Positions 28,501 to 40,646 of a stretch of DNA of 64,000 bases are shown piece by piece. A program made the translations under genes and the position numbers. Numbering within the stretch: position 1 is the stretch's first letter; each line of letters opens with the position of its first letter. The notes below the pieces were generated by a model. That model was not told the origin of the DNA, did no database searches, and saw only the letters and a program-made list of their open reading frames with translations. Origin of the DNA: Antedon mediterranea. Its lineage: Eukaryota; Animalia; Echinodermata. The stretch is taken from the NCBI RefSeq assembly GCF_964355755.1, contig NC_092677.1:5974101-6038100 (forward strand), read 5' to 3'.

Positions 28501-31500
28501 GTACGACACGCGGCACCTCCGACAAGACGCTCGAGTTAAAAAACTGATATGACACGAACAACTAAAGGAATTCACCCAATGAAATGCTTCATCTTAAAAT
28601 GGCCATGAAAAGGTTTTTTTTCAACATCTAATATATTATACAATGAAAGGCGCTAATGGAATTTATTCAATCAATAACATTAAAGTCAACCGAGAATTTG
28701 ATTTATAAATAAGTATACAATCTTAGAAATGATATACGCAGCAATTGTTTTTAGACTTTGTCAGATAGAACATTATTTTTTTTGGCGAATTTTTATTTTT
28801 AAAAAGGAATATAATGAATTACCAAGAATAATAGTGACTGTATATATAGTAAATTTTTTATTTAAGTCAACAGTATGCGTTCCCCGGAGGCGAAAATGTA
28901 TAATTAATGAATTGCGTAGTGAAGGTTACGTGTTTCATAGATAAACGAATAATTTTCGAAATAGATGATGAACGGAAGATTAACTACTGTGGTGGAAAGA
29001 ATAATATAGTGGATTTTAGAAACAGTCATGGTAAAACATAATTACGGAACAGAAGTTCTTCAGAAGATTTCCAAAATATAATCAATCATAATCATAATGG
29101 CAATTAAGTTTGCAATCAATCAACGCCATTTTAAAAAATAAATTAAAACATAAACAATTATTTCTGATCTTGCAACCGCCATCTCTATCGCCACGATAAA
29201 GAGAGTGATCGTTAGATTTTTTTAAAGAAAAATAATAAAAATAAAAGGATTCAAGTACATCTAACTTTTGTTTTTTATTTCTAATTTGTTCAACAAACTC
29301 AAACCACAAATTAATGATGATTGAAATTTAAAAGCAAAATACTCTAACCACACTATTTCTATATAAAATTTAAGAAAATTATGAAAATATAAGCTGTTAG
29401 GCCAAATCCTAATAATATACAGTGACGAAATATTTAACACCGACTGCCCAGCAAAACGAATCTCACGTTCAACCGGACCTTTCTAAAACGGTCTCGTCGA
29501 CGGTCGGTACGCAGCAAGGAAACCCCAACACTAATGACTAAGAGCAAACAACAAATATTTCTTCTGTTATCCCCTGTTATCTATCGTGAAATCCTATTCT
29601 TTTTATACTAAAATGCACTGTCCTCAAAACTACTGCTCAAAAGAGTTTTAACCACATGATAAATGGAAGTGACAGCGGCGATGTATACATTATCTGCGTA
29701 TGAATTTCTGTTTCTGAATTTCTCTTCTAAATCCGGAAATCATATTTTTTTGTTTTACTTCGTGCTTTCCATACATAACACCCACCTACAGTAAGCCCCT
29801 TGCAACGTGACGGACTGCACTTCATGATACATGCAAGTCATCACGAATGCAATTGTCTAAACGGATTGATTTTACAATACACAACACAGGAGGTGCCCTC
29901 CTCCACTTCTTCACCTTTGAAAGTGAAGGACCTTATCACATCTGACTTAGAATGTGTTGTTAGTTATTTCTATCGTTAGAACCAGGCGCCTCTGTGTAAC
30001 TATTAATTTGTTTCCCATGTAAGCAAATTGTAAATTCAATCCACTGAAAGAACATTAACAAGTCTAGTCATGTGACTTTGTGATTTTTTTTAGTATGTAT
30101 TCCCACTGAAATCGAAATGTTTTAAATGACACATCACAATGCGAGCCTAAACGTGTCGTCATTAACAATTTTGATCCATAATGTATGGTATCTTGTTTTG
30201 CATCAGAAATTATCTAAGACGGCGAAAGGGAACTGACAAATACCATAATTGTGATCCTTGTTTGCAAACAATGAAACGCATTTGCTTTACTTGATAAATC
30301 AGTAACAAAAATTATAAAATCTTAATTTTGTTTCGATTTAAAATTCCTAGTAACGTTATAAATGTACTTTATCATAGCATACAGGTTACTCGCATGTATA
30401 TATTTTGAGTGAAAATACTTTGGTAAACCTAAAGAAAGGAAACAGTTGTTTGTGTGTAGCATGCACGAACATTTTGCCATTAAATGGCAAACGATATCTG
30501 ATATCAAATACCCTAAAACAAAACAATTTATGACACAAAATAGCATTACATAATTTGTTTTATTAACATTGCTCCAAGCAACAGCAATGTTTGTACAATA
30601 TATAGTACACGCCTAAGGGCTGTATTAAAAACGGAACTGATATTCGGTGACGTGTTCGTGAGGTTGCTTAACGAATAAAAATGAATTGCAAATAGGTTAA
30701 AAAGAAATGCAGTTGATTCACAATACAATTCGACGAAAATTGGTCAAAACATCACAGTTAAATTAGAAAATCTAATTACGATCAATAAATTAGAATACAA
30801 AAAACGGCGATGGAACATAGTCAAAAGATGGATCATTAGTATATAGGAGAAATTTTTTTTTTTAAAGTCCGCCCCTGTCCAAAAACGAGAATTGAGAAAT
30901 TAAATTTTATGAAATACACAGTATTGTCTTTAGGTGACGACAGATCAACAATTCAGTTGAAGTAGGAAGGCCAAAATGAGTACGTGTACTCTACTAACTT
31001 GCACTGGTGACGCCGAGATTTGTTTTTTTTTTATTATGTTAAAGAGTTAAAATCTTGTTAGGATTCTACAATTATACGGTAACCAAATATCCTTAAAAGA
31101 AAAAGTTACAGATAGACCGACAGAGGGCGGAAAATTTCATATTTCGTCCCTTGTGAAGATACCGATTACTCGAGATTTTAATTATTGGAATTTTGGCAAC
31201 ATCATGCAAAGTAATGAATAAATATATGTATACGTATTCACACGTTGCTTTAAAGATAGGAGTGAAATCGACCGGATAAGTGTTAAATAAAATTGAATAT
31301 AACTTCTCGCTTCACACACAATGGGTCTATGATATTCTTTTAAACGATGGAGCGAATTTTCTTAATCAGTTATTATTGTACTAGTGTACTGACCAAAACC
31401 TATAGAATCAACCAGGTGCACCAGTTATTTTCAATTTATTTTTTCGACCGATATATAAATAGAGACGCTATAGATTGGACTGTATCATTAATCTGTTGCA

Positions 31501-34500
31501 GTAATTTTGAAGTCTGCACATTTCCAGTGATTGAAGAAAAACAACATGGCGCCCATGCATCATATGTTTATTTATAATGGTTACTTATTTAGCACGCGCT
31601 CTACTTTGTTTCTATTTTGACAATATTTTCTCTATTGTGGGTTTGTACGTTCTCATTTTATTTCATCATTTATGTCTATACACACATAATTCAGGGAAAG
31701 GTCGCGTGGCAAAAGGCCAGGTGGCACGGGCCTAGATTCATCTAATACCTCTAATACTATTAAAATCATTTCATATTTATATATAGTTTAATATAATAAT
31801 AATTTAACCACATGTTGCACTGTAGTAGGCCACAACAACTAATGCTGTTGAACAACACCACCGACCACCCACCACCTACTCACCAAAAACATAGTCAGTA
31901 CAAAACACCAAAATCAACTAGCCTATTTTTTTTTAGATACAATTATACTTAGCTGGTTCTTTCAAATTAGAAACGAGGTCGACTGATGACCTTACCTTGA
32001 CAGTATTCATTTTTTGAGCAGACAAAATTAAATCAATTTAACATTTTCTTTCGTATTCATGTCTATTAATTTACATTATCAAAACCATAATCTCTACTAC
32101 CTAATTGCAGGCGTCATTCAGGAATAAATCAGAGGCAGTAGAATAAATAAGACGTATCATACTATTTGATGTCGCAGAGTCCAAAGAACAAAGAAACTGT
32201 ACAACCAAACTGGATAAAAACTGTCATTTATATTTAATGATAAAATGAATAAAATGCAGAGTATAAAATCACATGAACTAGATATGGGTTCGCTTGAGAG
32301 AGAGAGAGAGTGGTCACGCACGGGGAACTTCAGACTCGGAAAATTTACCTAAAGCTTGGTTCACACTAGAAACGCAACGCAAAAACGTAGTGCAACGTAC
32401 TGTAATTGGTTTGACAAATCACAAGCAAAGGATTATTCGAATTCGAATTGCGTTTCTAGTGAGAACCAATCTTAAGTTAGGGTGAGTAATGAGTAAACAA
32501 TGTACACGTATGGTTCTTTGAACATAAATCATCAGGAAAATTCAAGCATCGCGCCGCCGACGCAACAACCTGGAAGGGATTTTTATACGGCAGTTCAATG
32601 ATGCTATAAAATATACGTTTCGCGGAAAATCCGAGATACCTGAAGGCATGTTTGTTACAACTTGTTTTTTTTTATATTTGAAATAAAGGATGATTTTTTA
32701 AAACTATTTAAATTATAGCATTTGGATACGACAAGGGTTAAAAGGTCTACCCTTAAGGTTACATTTTGCAATGACGTGCCGCAAGAACATTAGCTTGTTA
32801 AGATGGTGTTCCATTTCAGAGAATCGTGCTATATCAGATATCTCGTCCTATACGATCGCCAGTTTACGTACATTTCGTAACCTATCATTCTTATGGTTCA
32901 AGGATGTACTCAAATATTGATTTATATTGATTAAATATTGATCACTGAATACACACATTCAATTGTGTTGATTTAAGATGTTTAATTTCTGTTATATCGA
33001 TCCGTATTGCTTATTGATTATCATACATTAGACGACAGTGGTACCTTGTCGCTAAGGTTAATAAAAGTAGGTCCATTGGAGTAAACATTTCGGTTTTAAC
33101 GGATGCTGGAACCTTATTGCCGTGGGAAATTGATTTACAAAACATATTGTTAATCCTACACATAACGGCCTTCTTCAACTTAACTGGAGAACTTAGCATG
33201 AGAGAGAAGATCCTCTGAATACAGAAAGCAGCTGTTATAAATGACTCTAATGAGGACCACTAAAGGCCAATTTACACAGACGAGCGGTAACAGTAATGCC
33301 AAATATAGAATCTAAGTTATTCCTTATGATGAACATTGAGAAATAACGCGGATAGATACAGATTCCATGTTGGACAAGCTACGCGGTTTTCCGCTTACCG
33401 TTACCGCTGTTGATGTTATTAGACTTCGTTGTCTAATGCGGCCTTGGATCATTTTTAAAGATTAGTGTCTAAACTTAAATAAATCAGAATTATTGCATAA
33501 TGAATATTTGACATGAGACATGAAATATTCGTGCATATTATTGAGTAATATTAAATTAGCTATATTTAAATAATTGCCTTGTTAATCAGCCTTTAGTAGG
33601 CCTAATAAATAACATAGTCTCGGTCCTTGGTTGGTTAAAAAAATCTGATTCCCCCTCCTCCTTGACGTATAGGCCTAGACACAGAACTAAAACGTTAATG
33701 TTTCAGTGCTATAATATTACACTGATTGCAATTTTGACCCGGCATTCTTAAACCAATCGTGGCGACAGTTATTATTTGTATTTAATGTTACCGACATTCT
33801 TTGATATCACCTGATATCGTTTATTCTGAAATTTTCAATTTACTCTGTCAATCATGTGACATTAAATCTGAAAAATAGCAATGTCAATATTTCAAGTTTT
33901 ACTGCCTTTTCATTTGGTGTCTAAATTGAATAAGCCAGGCTGTAAAGAAATATCAAAATAAATACCCGTAAGCTCCTCAATCTCGTCGTTTATATGGTAA
34001 TGTAATGTTGAAATTACAACGACGAAAAATTGATATGAATAAAACTATTCCCAAGCGAGAGATATAAAAATATGAAGAAGAAAAATGTAATGCATTGAAT
34101 TGAACAGAAATTTGGAGCGAGTTGTATTAATTATGAAATAAAATTAATATAAATGATTGTTAATAAACAAACTAAAAATACGGTTTTTTTTCTACAACTA
34201 CATGTGTGTGATATTCATGTACTAAGACAGGATCAGCTTTTAAACATGAAATATCACAATACACATATATCCAATAGGATTCGATGATAGACCTCGACAA
34301 TTATAAATTATAGGTACCCAAAAATTGACGTACATGTATTACAATGTGTGTATTATAAATGCACACACGGTATACGTATAAACAAAATAACTTAGTATAT
34401 AATTCACTTAAAAGCCCAAAATTGTATAAGTATAAAGAAAAAATAGTGTATAAGTATAATATAATTATCCGTCTGTAATCGACACCAGAAAATCCCCAAG

Positions 34501-37500
34501 GATAATGAATAATGCCCAGGAGGAGTATTTTTACCTAATTATGCCAAATCATGTTATTCGTTCCACTTGTACAGAATTTTCTCGTTTGATTGTAATTAAC
34601 ACAAATTGCCATCACAGTCAATGCGCCCACAACATGAAGCTTAGCTACATTAACTATGCATATTACATTGTACATATTATTTTACATTATCAATTATGAT
34701 TATGAAGTTCAATGGTCATACACATTAAAATAAATCGGATAGTATATTAAAGGTACATAAGCAAAAGAAAAGTAATATTCTCCGAGTAATGTTCTCCGAA
34801 AGCCGGAAATTATCAGAGCGCGCGCGGCGTATTCAAACGTAAGAGTGGTGAGTGTGGTGTCAAATACTATTATACCGTATTTATTCAAATAAACGCCCTG
34901 CTTTGAAAAAACGCACACTCGAACAAATTCGTCCCATGAAACATCACTTGGAATAGGCCTATACAAATCTCCCTCAAATTTAATTTCATTATTTGACCAC
35001 CAACACAAATTGTACAGTATACAGAGAAGATTCGTCCTGGACTTCAACGTATTGACGCAAAGTGCTGTATTGTGGTGGGAACCGACGACGCAACAGTGCT
35101 GCAATCAATCAATCAATCAATCAATGAAAGTAACATTTATTTCTCTTATAATTTCATAGTAAATAAACATTTACAGTAAATATGATTAAAATAAAAGGAG
35201 AAACATTCCAAAAAAAGCGAAGCTTGCATAAGGCAGCCCATAAACACTGAAAAAGAAAATAGAACAACACGGGAACCGGGAACCGGAAACAGGACAAAAA
35301 CAGTAATGAAGTCTTTTAGTTTCAGGGTACCGAAAAATGCTAAATATAAAAACTACAATAAGTGAAAGGATGATTACACATAACTGGATAAGAGGTGTCG
35401 TTTCATTGTAAAGAAAAACTCTTCTTTGACAAAGCACTTTTTATAGGAACTGGTACGCTATCTTAGAGTTTAGGACCAGTGAACTTAATGCTATGTTTAA
35501 AAAAAGAATACGTATTTGATTTGCGCTCCGAGTTTTGTGATTATGAAAATTAAGATTGAAACTAAATAAATAATCAAAGTGCGATGGAAGGATCGAGTTT
35601 AGCCATGATCAAGAAAAACATTTTGTTGAAGATGGTTAATATCCTAAATTTTAAGAAGATATCGCAGGTTTGATTTCACGCAGGCGGCATTATTGGAAGG
35701 GCATTATCTTACGTTGCGTAGGCCTAGATTGCGTTGCGTAGGCCTAGATTGCGTTTCGTAGGCCTAGATTGCGTTACGTTGCGTCGCTAGTGGGAAACAC
35801 GCTTTAAAGTCAAGATTAAAATAACTTCAATTTTTGACACGTTAACATTTCCAGTGGATTCTATAATCCCAATTGTGAGCCAGGCCTTCTTAAATCAATC
35901 ATGTAAACACCCATTGTATATTAAAACTCATGCATGATGAAATTTCTCGATGGTTCATGTTACTAACTATAAGGTTACGAATGAAATAACATTCGCTATA
36001 GTCGAACAAGGGAATAATCTAAACTAATTGATACAACATAAATGACAACATGGATAGTCATGATACACATGAAACTTCACAATGATACAAATCAAAACAT
36101 CATGCAATAAGCCACGAACTGGTTCTAGCATGAAATAATGTTTCTGAATAACATTCTCGGTTTGAAGAAGATTGAATTTAATGTTTGTTTAGCTTGGTTC
36201 CCACTAGAACGTAACGCAAGGACGTAAACGCAACGCAAGCGTTTTAACAAATGACAAGCGAAGTTATAGACAGTTAGCAATCACAAGCGAATAAGCCTTC
36301 GTTTGTGATTGGTCAATTCACTTGCGTTGCGTTACGTCTTTTTGTTGCCTTGCTTGTGGGAACCAAGCTTTATATAACATAATCGTCCAGTGTCAGTATA
36401 TTACAACATATCATAATTGTGATCATCATAATTGTGATCATCATTATCACATTAATCTTGTTAGATGAATGTACACTAATCTGAGCTATGGAGTTGTTTT
36501 TTTCCGAAATAAAAGATGAAGAAGAAGAAGAAGATAACATGATCATTAAGATCATCGTGTTAAATTATTGCAGCATTTCATGTACCATGATAATCACGAT
36601 CACATAAATTCATGTTTGCATATATTGCAGCATGACATCATAATCATCACGATCACATACTATTGTACTGTAATCATGTTAGCATGTTATAACATGATCA
36701 TCAAGATCATCGTGTTAAATTATTGCAGCATGTCATATGTCATGATCATTTTGCATAATCTTGCAGGATAACATCATTATCATCACGACAACATAATAAC
36801 GTTAGTATATTTCAGCATTTTGCGATCACAATACGCTACCATCATTTTTACTTTATACATTCCAGCACATTATGCTATTACTGTATATTTATTTATTAAT
36901 ACTTTAGTCTGTATTTTATTGATTGTTCTCCCTCGGTTGATTCACGTTTACACGTTGCTCATACTTATCGTATCTCTAACTATTAACCATCGTTATGTAT
37001 CATAAGATTATTGTCACACAGCGCCTCAAGCATTTGCCATTCAAATTAAGAAACAAATTAATAGAATAATCAATACTAGAAATCAAATGGCAATGATATA
37101 TGGTGACTCTGCATCCTGTTTTTAATTATCCATCTGTTTATGTTGAAATAAATGTACACTTAAAAATTAATGTTTTCAATAATGAAGTCCAATAATTTCA
37201 CGTATTAATTTGTTGTTATAATAGCGCTATAACACAAAGTTAAGCGTTTCTCATTATTACATCGGTCATTTTTTTATATCAAACATACGCATGGAAACAT
37301 AGTCCCATTATGCAGCTATAGCGTATATTCAGCAGTGCAATTGTGTTTGTGTACGTATTTTTTCACCTGTTGGGGCGGGGGGGGGGGGGGTAACCGAAGT
37401 AAAGTGTTTTCATTCATTGTAGAAAGAGTTGGATCCAGTTAGTATTAGTATTAGTAGTAGTTTAGTAGTAGTAGTCAAACGTTCAACACACTGTCCCACA

Positions 37501-38456
37501 CGCCCTTATTTGACAAAAATCTGGTCAAAATTAGTTCTTTATCAATATCGTCTCGCGTGATCGAAACACACGTCCGCATGTCACGCGAATATATTATATT
37601 CGAGTGACATGCGAGTAAAATATGTATTTCACAAGGCGGGAAGTGCAAGCAACAATGTGTCATGCTTTTCACTTAAATAAGGCCAAATACATGGCTGTAG
37701 TCGCGTGCGCAAATTTGAGTTAGTGTTTACCGACCGACTGACCAACCGACGTAGTGAGCTAGAGTCGCGTTTTCACGCGACTAGAATAGACGTGATCAAA
37801 TACAGTAATATTTAAAGTTTTGAAATAGAAATAGAACCATCGGGTAAGGCTAAAACGAACAAGTAGCAATATATGTAATCTAGCACTACAGCTACTAAGA
37901 AACATTCCAATTAGAGGGTGAGGTGGGACGGGGGAGGGGTGTTGTAGGAGTAGAATGGGAAGACATCTTGTGTACCGAAGTAGTCTTACATGACTGTGTT
38001 CTACCGTATAACAATTTCAGTTCACATGAAATGTTAATATTGTTTTAGATATATTGTTATCATATGATATTTTTAAAAAAATGTTTAAATATCTAAAAGT
38101 GTACTTTATGGTTTCTTGGAATTGTCAGCCTTGTTAATTAGAATCGTACGTAACACATTTTCAATACCGAATAAATAAACTAAAAACATTTACAGGTACA
38201 AACATGTTACGTAAATTAATGTTCAGCCTAATCATCTGAAAATCATCTGAAATTGGTGTGAAAGACACGGTTTGCCCCGCAGTGCACATTTACACGACTC
38301 GTCGGCACCGTTCACTTCAAATAAATTTTGATCTCGCCAGAGGCAAAATTCAAGTTTGTTTTTCTTTTTCAAGTATAAGGATAACTTACCTATTCGACTA
38401 GTGCTGCTAAATTCAACTCCGACAATTAAGCCCACAAATAGTATCTTGACAAACAT
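1541..38456 (-). CDS. Secreted/cell-surface Ig-superfamily protein: signal peptide + 3 Ig + 1 FN3 (klingon/wrapper/NCAM-like), whole model ~615 aa
   Basis: Hand-spliced exons with GT-AG ends and continuous frame: 38456-38390, 15727-15659, 11709-11503, 7509-7375, 6735-6559, 5804-5517, 5427-5262, 4833-4736, 4323-4166, 3339-3150, 2695-2648, 2345-2310, 1749-1541. The core is solid; linkage of the distal 5' exons and the last two exons is inferred. Confidence 0.65.
1752..1964. mobile_element. MITE family B, right-hand part
   Basis: Colinear with 9126-9358 (cattgtc..agacaattt..taaattacatttt..aataactattatgtgaca..); the terminal repeat is interrupted by GGCCTA. Confidence 0.75.
2648..7509 (-). CDS. 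Core Ig-Ig-Ig-FN3 exons of the Ig-superfamily gene
   Basis: Ig1: VTIECIV..FEW / DYSGTYVCEA (7509-7375, 6735-6559). Ig2: LSCETNGSPLPDVLW..DGVYTCKAWN (5804-5517). Ig3: IFCKHTGNPRPVNTTWYKDG / DYGDYTCEITN (5427-5262, 4833-4736). FN3: GRPKMPTILS..YHLRW / LQALRRQTWYKIFV (4323-4166, 3339-3150). S/T/P stalk exon 2695-2648. All junction phases match. Confidence 0.9.
2841..3000. mobile_element. MITE family A (PIF/Harbinger-like termini), full copy
   Basis: Terminal inverted repeat AGCTTGGTTC(C/G)CACTAG at both ends, internal ACGCAA/TTGCGT and CCAAT/ATTGG symmetry, TTAA-like flanks. Confidence 0.85.
6100..6504. mobile_element. MITE family C interrupted by a poly(A)-tailed insert
   Basis: tcaaactagtttgacaaaaaatgtg ... 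cacattttttgtcacataaagtttgataatgtagac form inverted arms; related copy near 57095-57225. Confidence 0.55.
9014..9358. mobile_element. MITE family B with TTAA target-site duplication (Kolobok-like AG..CT ends)
   Basis: TTAA|AGATGTATTGTCCC ... GGGACAATATATCT|TTAA. Confidence 0.82.
11503..11709 (-). CDS. 207-nt internal exon of the Ig/FN3 gene (N-terminal extension with two Cys)
   Basis: Long polypyrimidine tract + tag acceptor, donor G|gtaatt, GC-richer than flanks, open in phase 1-1: VHRVLGRYTQTELVIGSTSG..ECLRD..RICQQNRS..DEGY. Confidence 0.7.
15659..15727 (-). CDS. Putative 69-nt internal exon of the Ig/FN3 gene
   Basis: Acceptor tttcgtttgttttctag, donor G|gtaaga, open in phase 1-1: GKWMPLNSKRSLLRDLMHPHRKH. 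Confidence 0.55.
15925..16245. repeat. Degenerate tandem repeat
   Basis: agtttgata..taaa(g)cctca(g/a)ttttcacttatgc at ~15925, ~16071 and ~16175. Confidence 0.7.
19525..19628 (-). mobile_element. Degenerate SINE-like repeat (second copy ~49515-49610)
   Basis: Shared aggcttagagagtgg..gagtt..aaccct..cact segment, followed by a reverse tRNA-like head. Confidence 0.45.
21340..21790. repeat. Degenerate tandem repeat, three units of ~150-180 bp
   Basis: Recurring gagactctc.., aaagttgcct(g/a)gtaagttaaa, ggctaaa, aagagaatt(t/g)agaga. Confidence 0.65.
22488..22770. repeat. Local tandem duplication (~145 bp)
   Basis: atcgaaattgtaaattaacctaaatat and gtgtaagaataataata each occur twice. Confidence 0.8.
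27158..27643 (+). mobile_element. Helentron-associated non-autonomous element (HINE/DINE-1-like)
   Basis: Subterminal inverted repeats ACCTCCGCC (27160-27168) and GGCGGAGGT (27608-27616), (GTTT)n microsatellite after the 5' end, 3' hairpin CACTC-TCG-GAGTG (27620-27632), T-rich flanks. Confidence 0.75.
27645..28015. repeat. Direct plus inverted repeat (foldback-like)
   Basis: gtggtgt(a/c)aactgcgt..ccataccgtc(g/t)gttttttt-acttaac occurs directly at ~27757 and ~27860 and inverted at ~27945-28009. Confidence 0.75.
28342..28490. mobile_element. MITE family A, diverged copy
   Basis: gccgggttttcactagacg ... tcctagcgtgggaaccaagc, with the shared aatcacaagcga/tcgcttgtcattggt core. Confidence 0.65.
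32353..32472. mobile_element. MITE family A, short copy
   Basis: agcttggttcacactagaaacgcaa ... ttgcgtttctagtgagaaccaatct, flanked by TAA on both sides. Confidence 0.8.
35708..35803. mobile_element. MITE family A right end carrying a 20-bp tandem triplication
   Basis: Three copies of cgttgcgtaggcctagattg, then cgttgcgtcgctagtgggaaacacgct. Confidence 0.6.
36191..36369. mobile_element. MITE family A, full copy
   Basis: agcttggttcccactagaacgtaacgcaagg ... gtgggaaccaagct; closely matches 2841-3000. Confidence 0.85.
37675..37783 (-). mobile_element. Short HINE-like element
   Basis: Terminal palindrome agtcgcgt-tttc-acgcgact, second agtcgcgtg copy near the other end, (ccga/ccaa)n microsatellite. 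Confidence 0.5.
38390..38456 (-). CDS. Putative first (signal-peptide) exon of the Ig/FN3 gene
   Basis: ATG + MFVKILFVGLIVGVEFSSTSRI (hydrophobic core), then a strong donor G|GTAAGT in phase 1, matching the downstream phase-1 exons. Confidence 0.7.
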
Positions 38457-39497
38457 TATGTATTTTTGGTAAAATTCGAAACTGTTGTTGACAATCTTGC
38501 GTTAAGAGTCACTATAATTGCCAGTGCGCAATGCATACGATTTGTGAAATCGAAAAGCAACCGGGCGTAACGCGGTTTGACACTCGTGGATGGGCTGAAC
38601 AAATTCCGCTAGATGTTTCCGTATTATTCCGTATTCTTCCTAACGTTGAATAAGAACTGCCAGAGAAGCTATAAAATTAATGAATAATATACTATCGAGT
38701 ATACATTTCGTCACATCACCATCACGGGCAATGAGTCGTATACAAAGATGGGTGTTTCGTTAAATGAAGAGATATCAACTGTACAATGCAAGAAGGACCG
38801 GTTTTTTATTCTGCTCGTCTACACAATAGCATACATACCGTTACTTATTAGAATACCGTCTGCATTATACCAGCTTTATATTCTCGAAGGCCTACTCGTC
38901 ATAACTTATTGTAAACTGATTGTTTACTAAATTACAGTATGTTGAAATGTGTTGTTTTTTTAATTAGGAATTCTTTACTGTTAATAAAACAAATATTTAT
39001 ATATTATCGTTTGACAACTTTAAGCTAAAGCATTTTTTAAAACAAGACTGGTTAATAAAACTCTCTCATTAACTCTTTATCAGCAATCCTCCTAGGGGAG
39101 AAATGGTTTGAATATTGCATACTTTGGAATTATCTAGAATCAATAGGTGTTTTTTATAGCAATGATTAATACTTCTCTATCAAATGTATACTTTTCACCC
39201 CAACCGCTTTATCTTTCTAAGTTTATAATACGACCGTGTAAAATAACGTCCTCTAGATGCAATGTTAAGCCGGTAACCCATATATTTGTTGTACAGACGA
39301 CGTACGGTAATTACGTGTTGAATGGAAGAGAATTCCCCCAATTTGTCAATCGGATTAAAGTGCCCCTGGGAATCAACAACTGCTTTTCATCCAGGGACTT
39401 AACATGATGTTGACGTTGAGGGGGGAATTTATTATTGAAAAAAAATCAGTGCAGCAGCAGCCGCCGCGGTAAAATTTGATTATTTTTATGAAAAACT
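38457..39497. promoter_or_regulatory. Divergent (bidirectional) promoter interval between the Ig/FN3 gene and TEN1
   Basis: The two start codons are 1041 bp apart and point away from each other; CpG-containing segments lie next to both. Confidence 0.45.
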
Positions 39498-40646
39498 ATG
39501 TCATCTTTTGCAAGTTTACCTCCGCCTGGTTGTATTAAAACTGTTAAAGAAATCTGCAATGAAAGAGTTCCTAAAACGGCAAAAGTTATAGGAAGGTTAG
39601 GTTTAGCCCCAGTGGTGTCTTGTCTTGTAGGCCTAGCTAGCCAAGAAGCTAGTAGTAGTAGGCCTAGGCCTAGGCCTAGCTAGTACTAAAAAGTATAAAG
39701 GCCTACCTAGTAGGCCTAGGCACTGTGATGTGTGTGTACTACACTGGCAAGCCAGCAGTACAGTAGCTTGCATGCCTAGCTAGTAGTAGGTCTAGGCCCA
39801 GACCAGACATAGCCTAGTCTAGTATGGTTCCCTTTCTGGAAAAAATTGTTCATTTGTGTTGTAACAACTTGACAAGTCGACATAAATATAAATATTATAT
39901 TGACATACCATGTCGTCATATGGGTATCAATTGCTTTGATTGTTCATTAGACATTATTAAATATTCAACACGCTTAGTACTCTACGCTGTGGTAGTACTG
40001 AGTGGATGGCACGTAGACGCTTCCATACTTAAATAACCTATGTTGTACATAGCCTAAAATGTTTGCAAATTGCACCAGATTCCCAGTGCTGTATCTCCAC
40101 ATACTATCTATTTCGGAAGTATCATGTAAGGGTGGGTTACGGGTTAGGTTACTCTAAATACCATGTGATAACACATGTGATGTTGTATTACTAAATATTC
40201 CTATGAAACTTCGGAAATAGATACAGTACCGAGAATCGTCTGCAAATTGATGGCTGTAATGTAACATCAACAGTAAGATCAAAGTTGAGCTCATGTGTCC
40301 TATAGCTTGATTTGCATACAGACACATCATGTGGGAATCTACAACCATAATTGATTTAACTTCACATTTTAATTTTTTTAGATTAATAGAAAGAGATATC
40401 AAGTTGGAGAAAGGAGTCCTATCCAGTAGAGATAAACGACACAGTTTAACGATCAATACAAGACTTATAGAACCATTTCAAGCCAAGATAAATTGTCTCT
40501 ATCAAGTTATTGGTGAGGTGGATGTAAGCCGGGATCAACAAGAGGTGATAATGACTGTGCGAACAGCAGTATGTGTCGAAGGAACCGATTTGATTGCGTA
40601 TGAAAAAGCTTTACAGTTTCAACGCGAGTATTTGTACACTAGATAG
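39498..40646 (+). CDS. TEN1: CST complex subunit TEN1 (OB-fold), 120 aa
   Basis: Exons 39498-39595 and 40382-40646 (phase-2 GT-AG intron). LPPPG..GR|L..TRLIEPFQAKINCLYQVIGE..RTAVCVEGTDLIAYEKALQFQREY resembles vertebrate TEN1 (LPKPG..GRL..TKLVEPFHAQVGSLYIVLGE..CVEGMNL) as I recall it. Confidence 0.93.

Noticed and set aside
33011-33215. Possible additional exon of the Ig gene in intron 1
   Set aside because: Acceptor-like AGs exist, but I found no convincing donor preserving phase 1-1 and no recognisable domain.
34709-35104. 131-aa minus-strand ORF in a CpG-rich patch
   Set aside because: No recognisable homology or splice structure; more likely a transposon remnant.
39498-40646. Initial impression of RMI2 (another small OB-fold protein)
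   Set aside because: The LPxPG, EPF, LYxVxGE and CVEG motifs and the 120-aa length fit TEN1.
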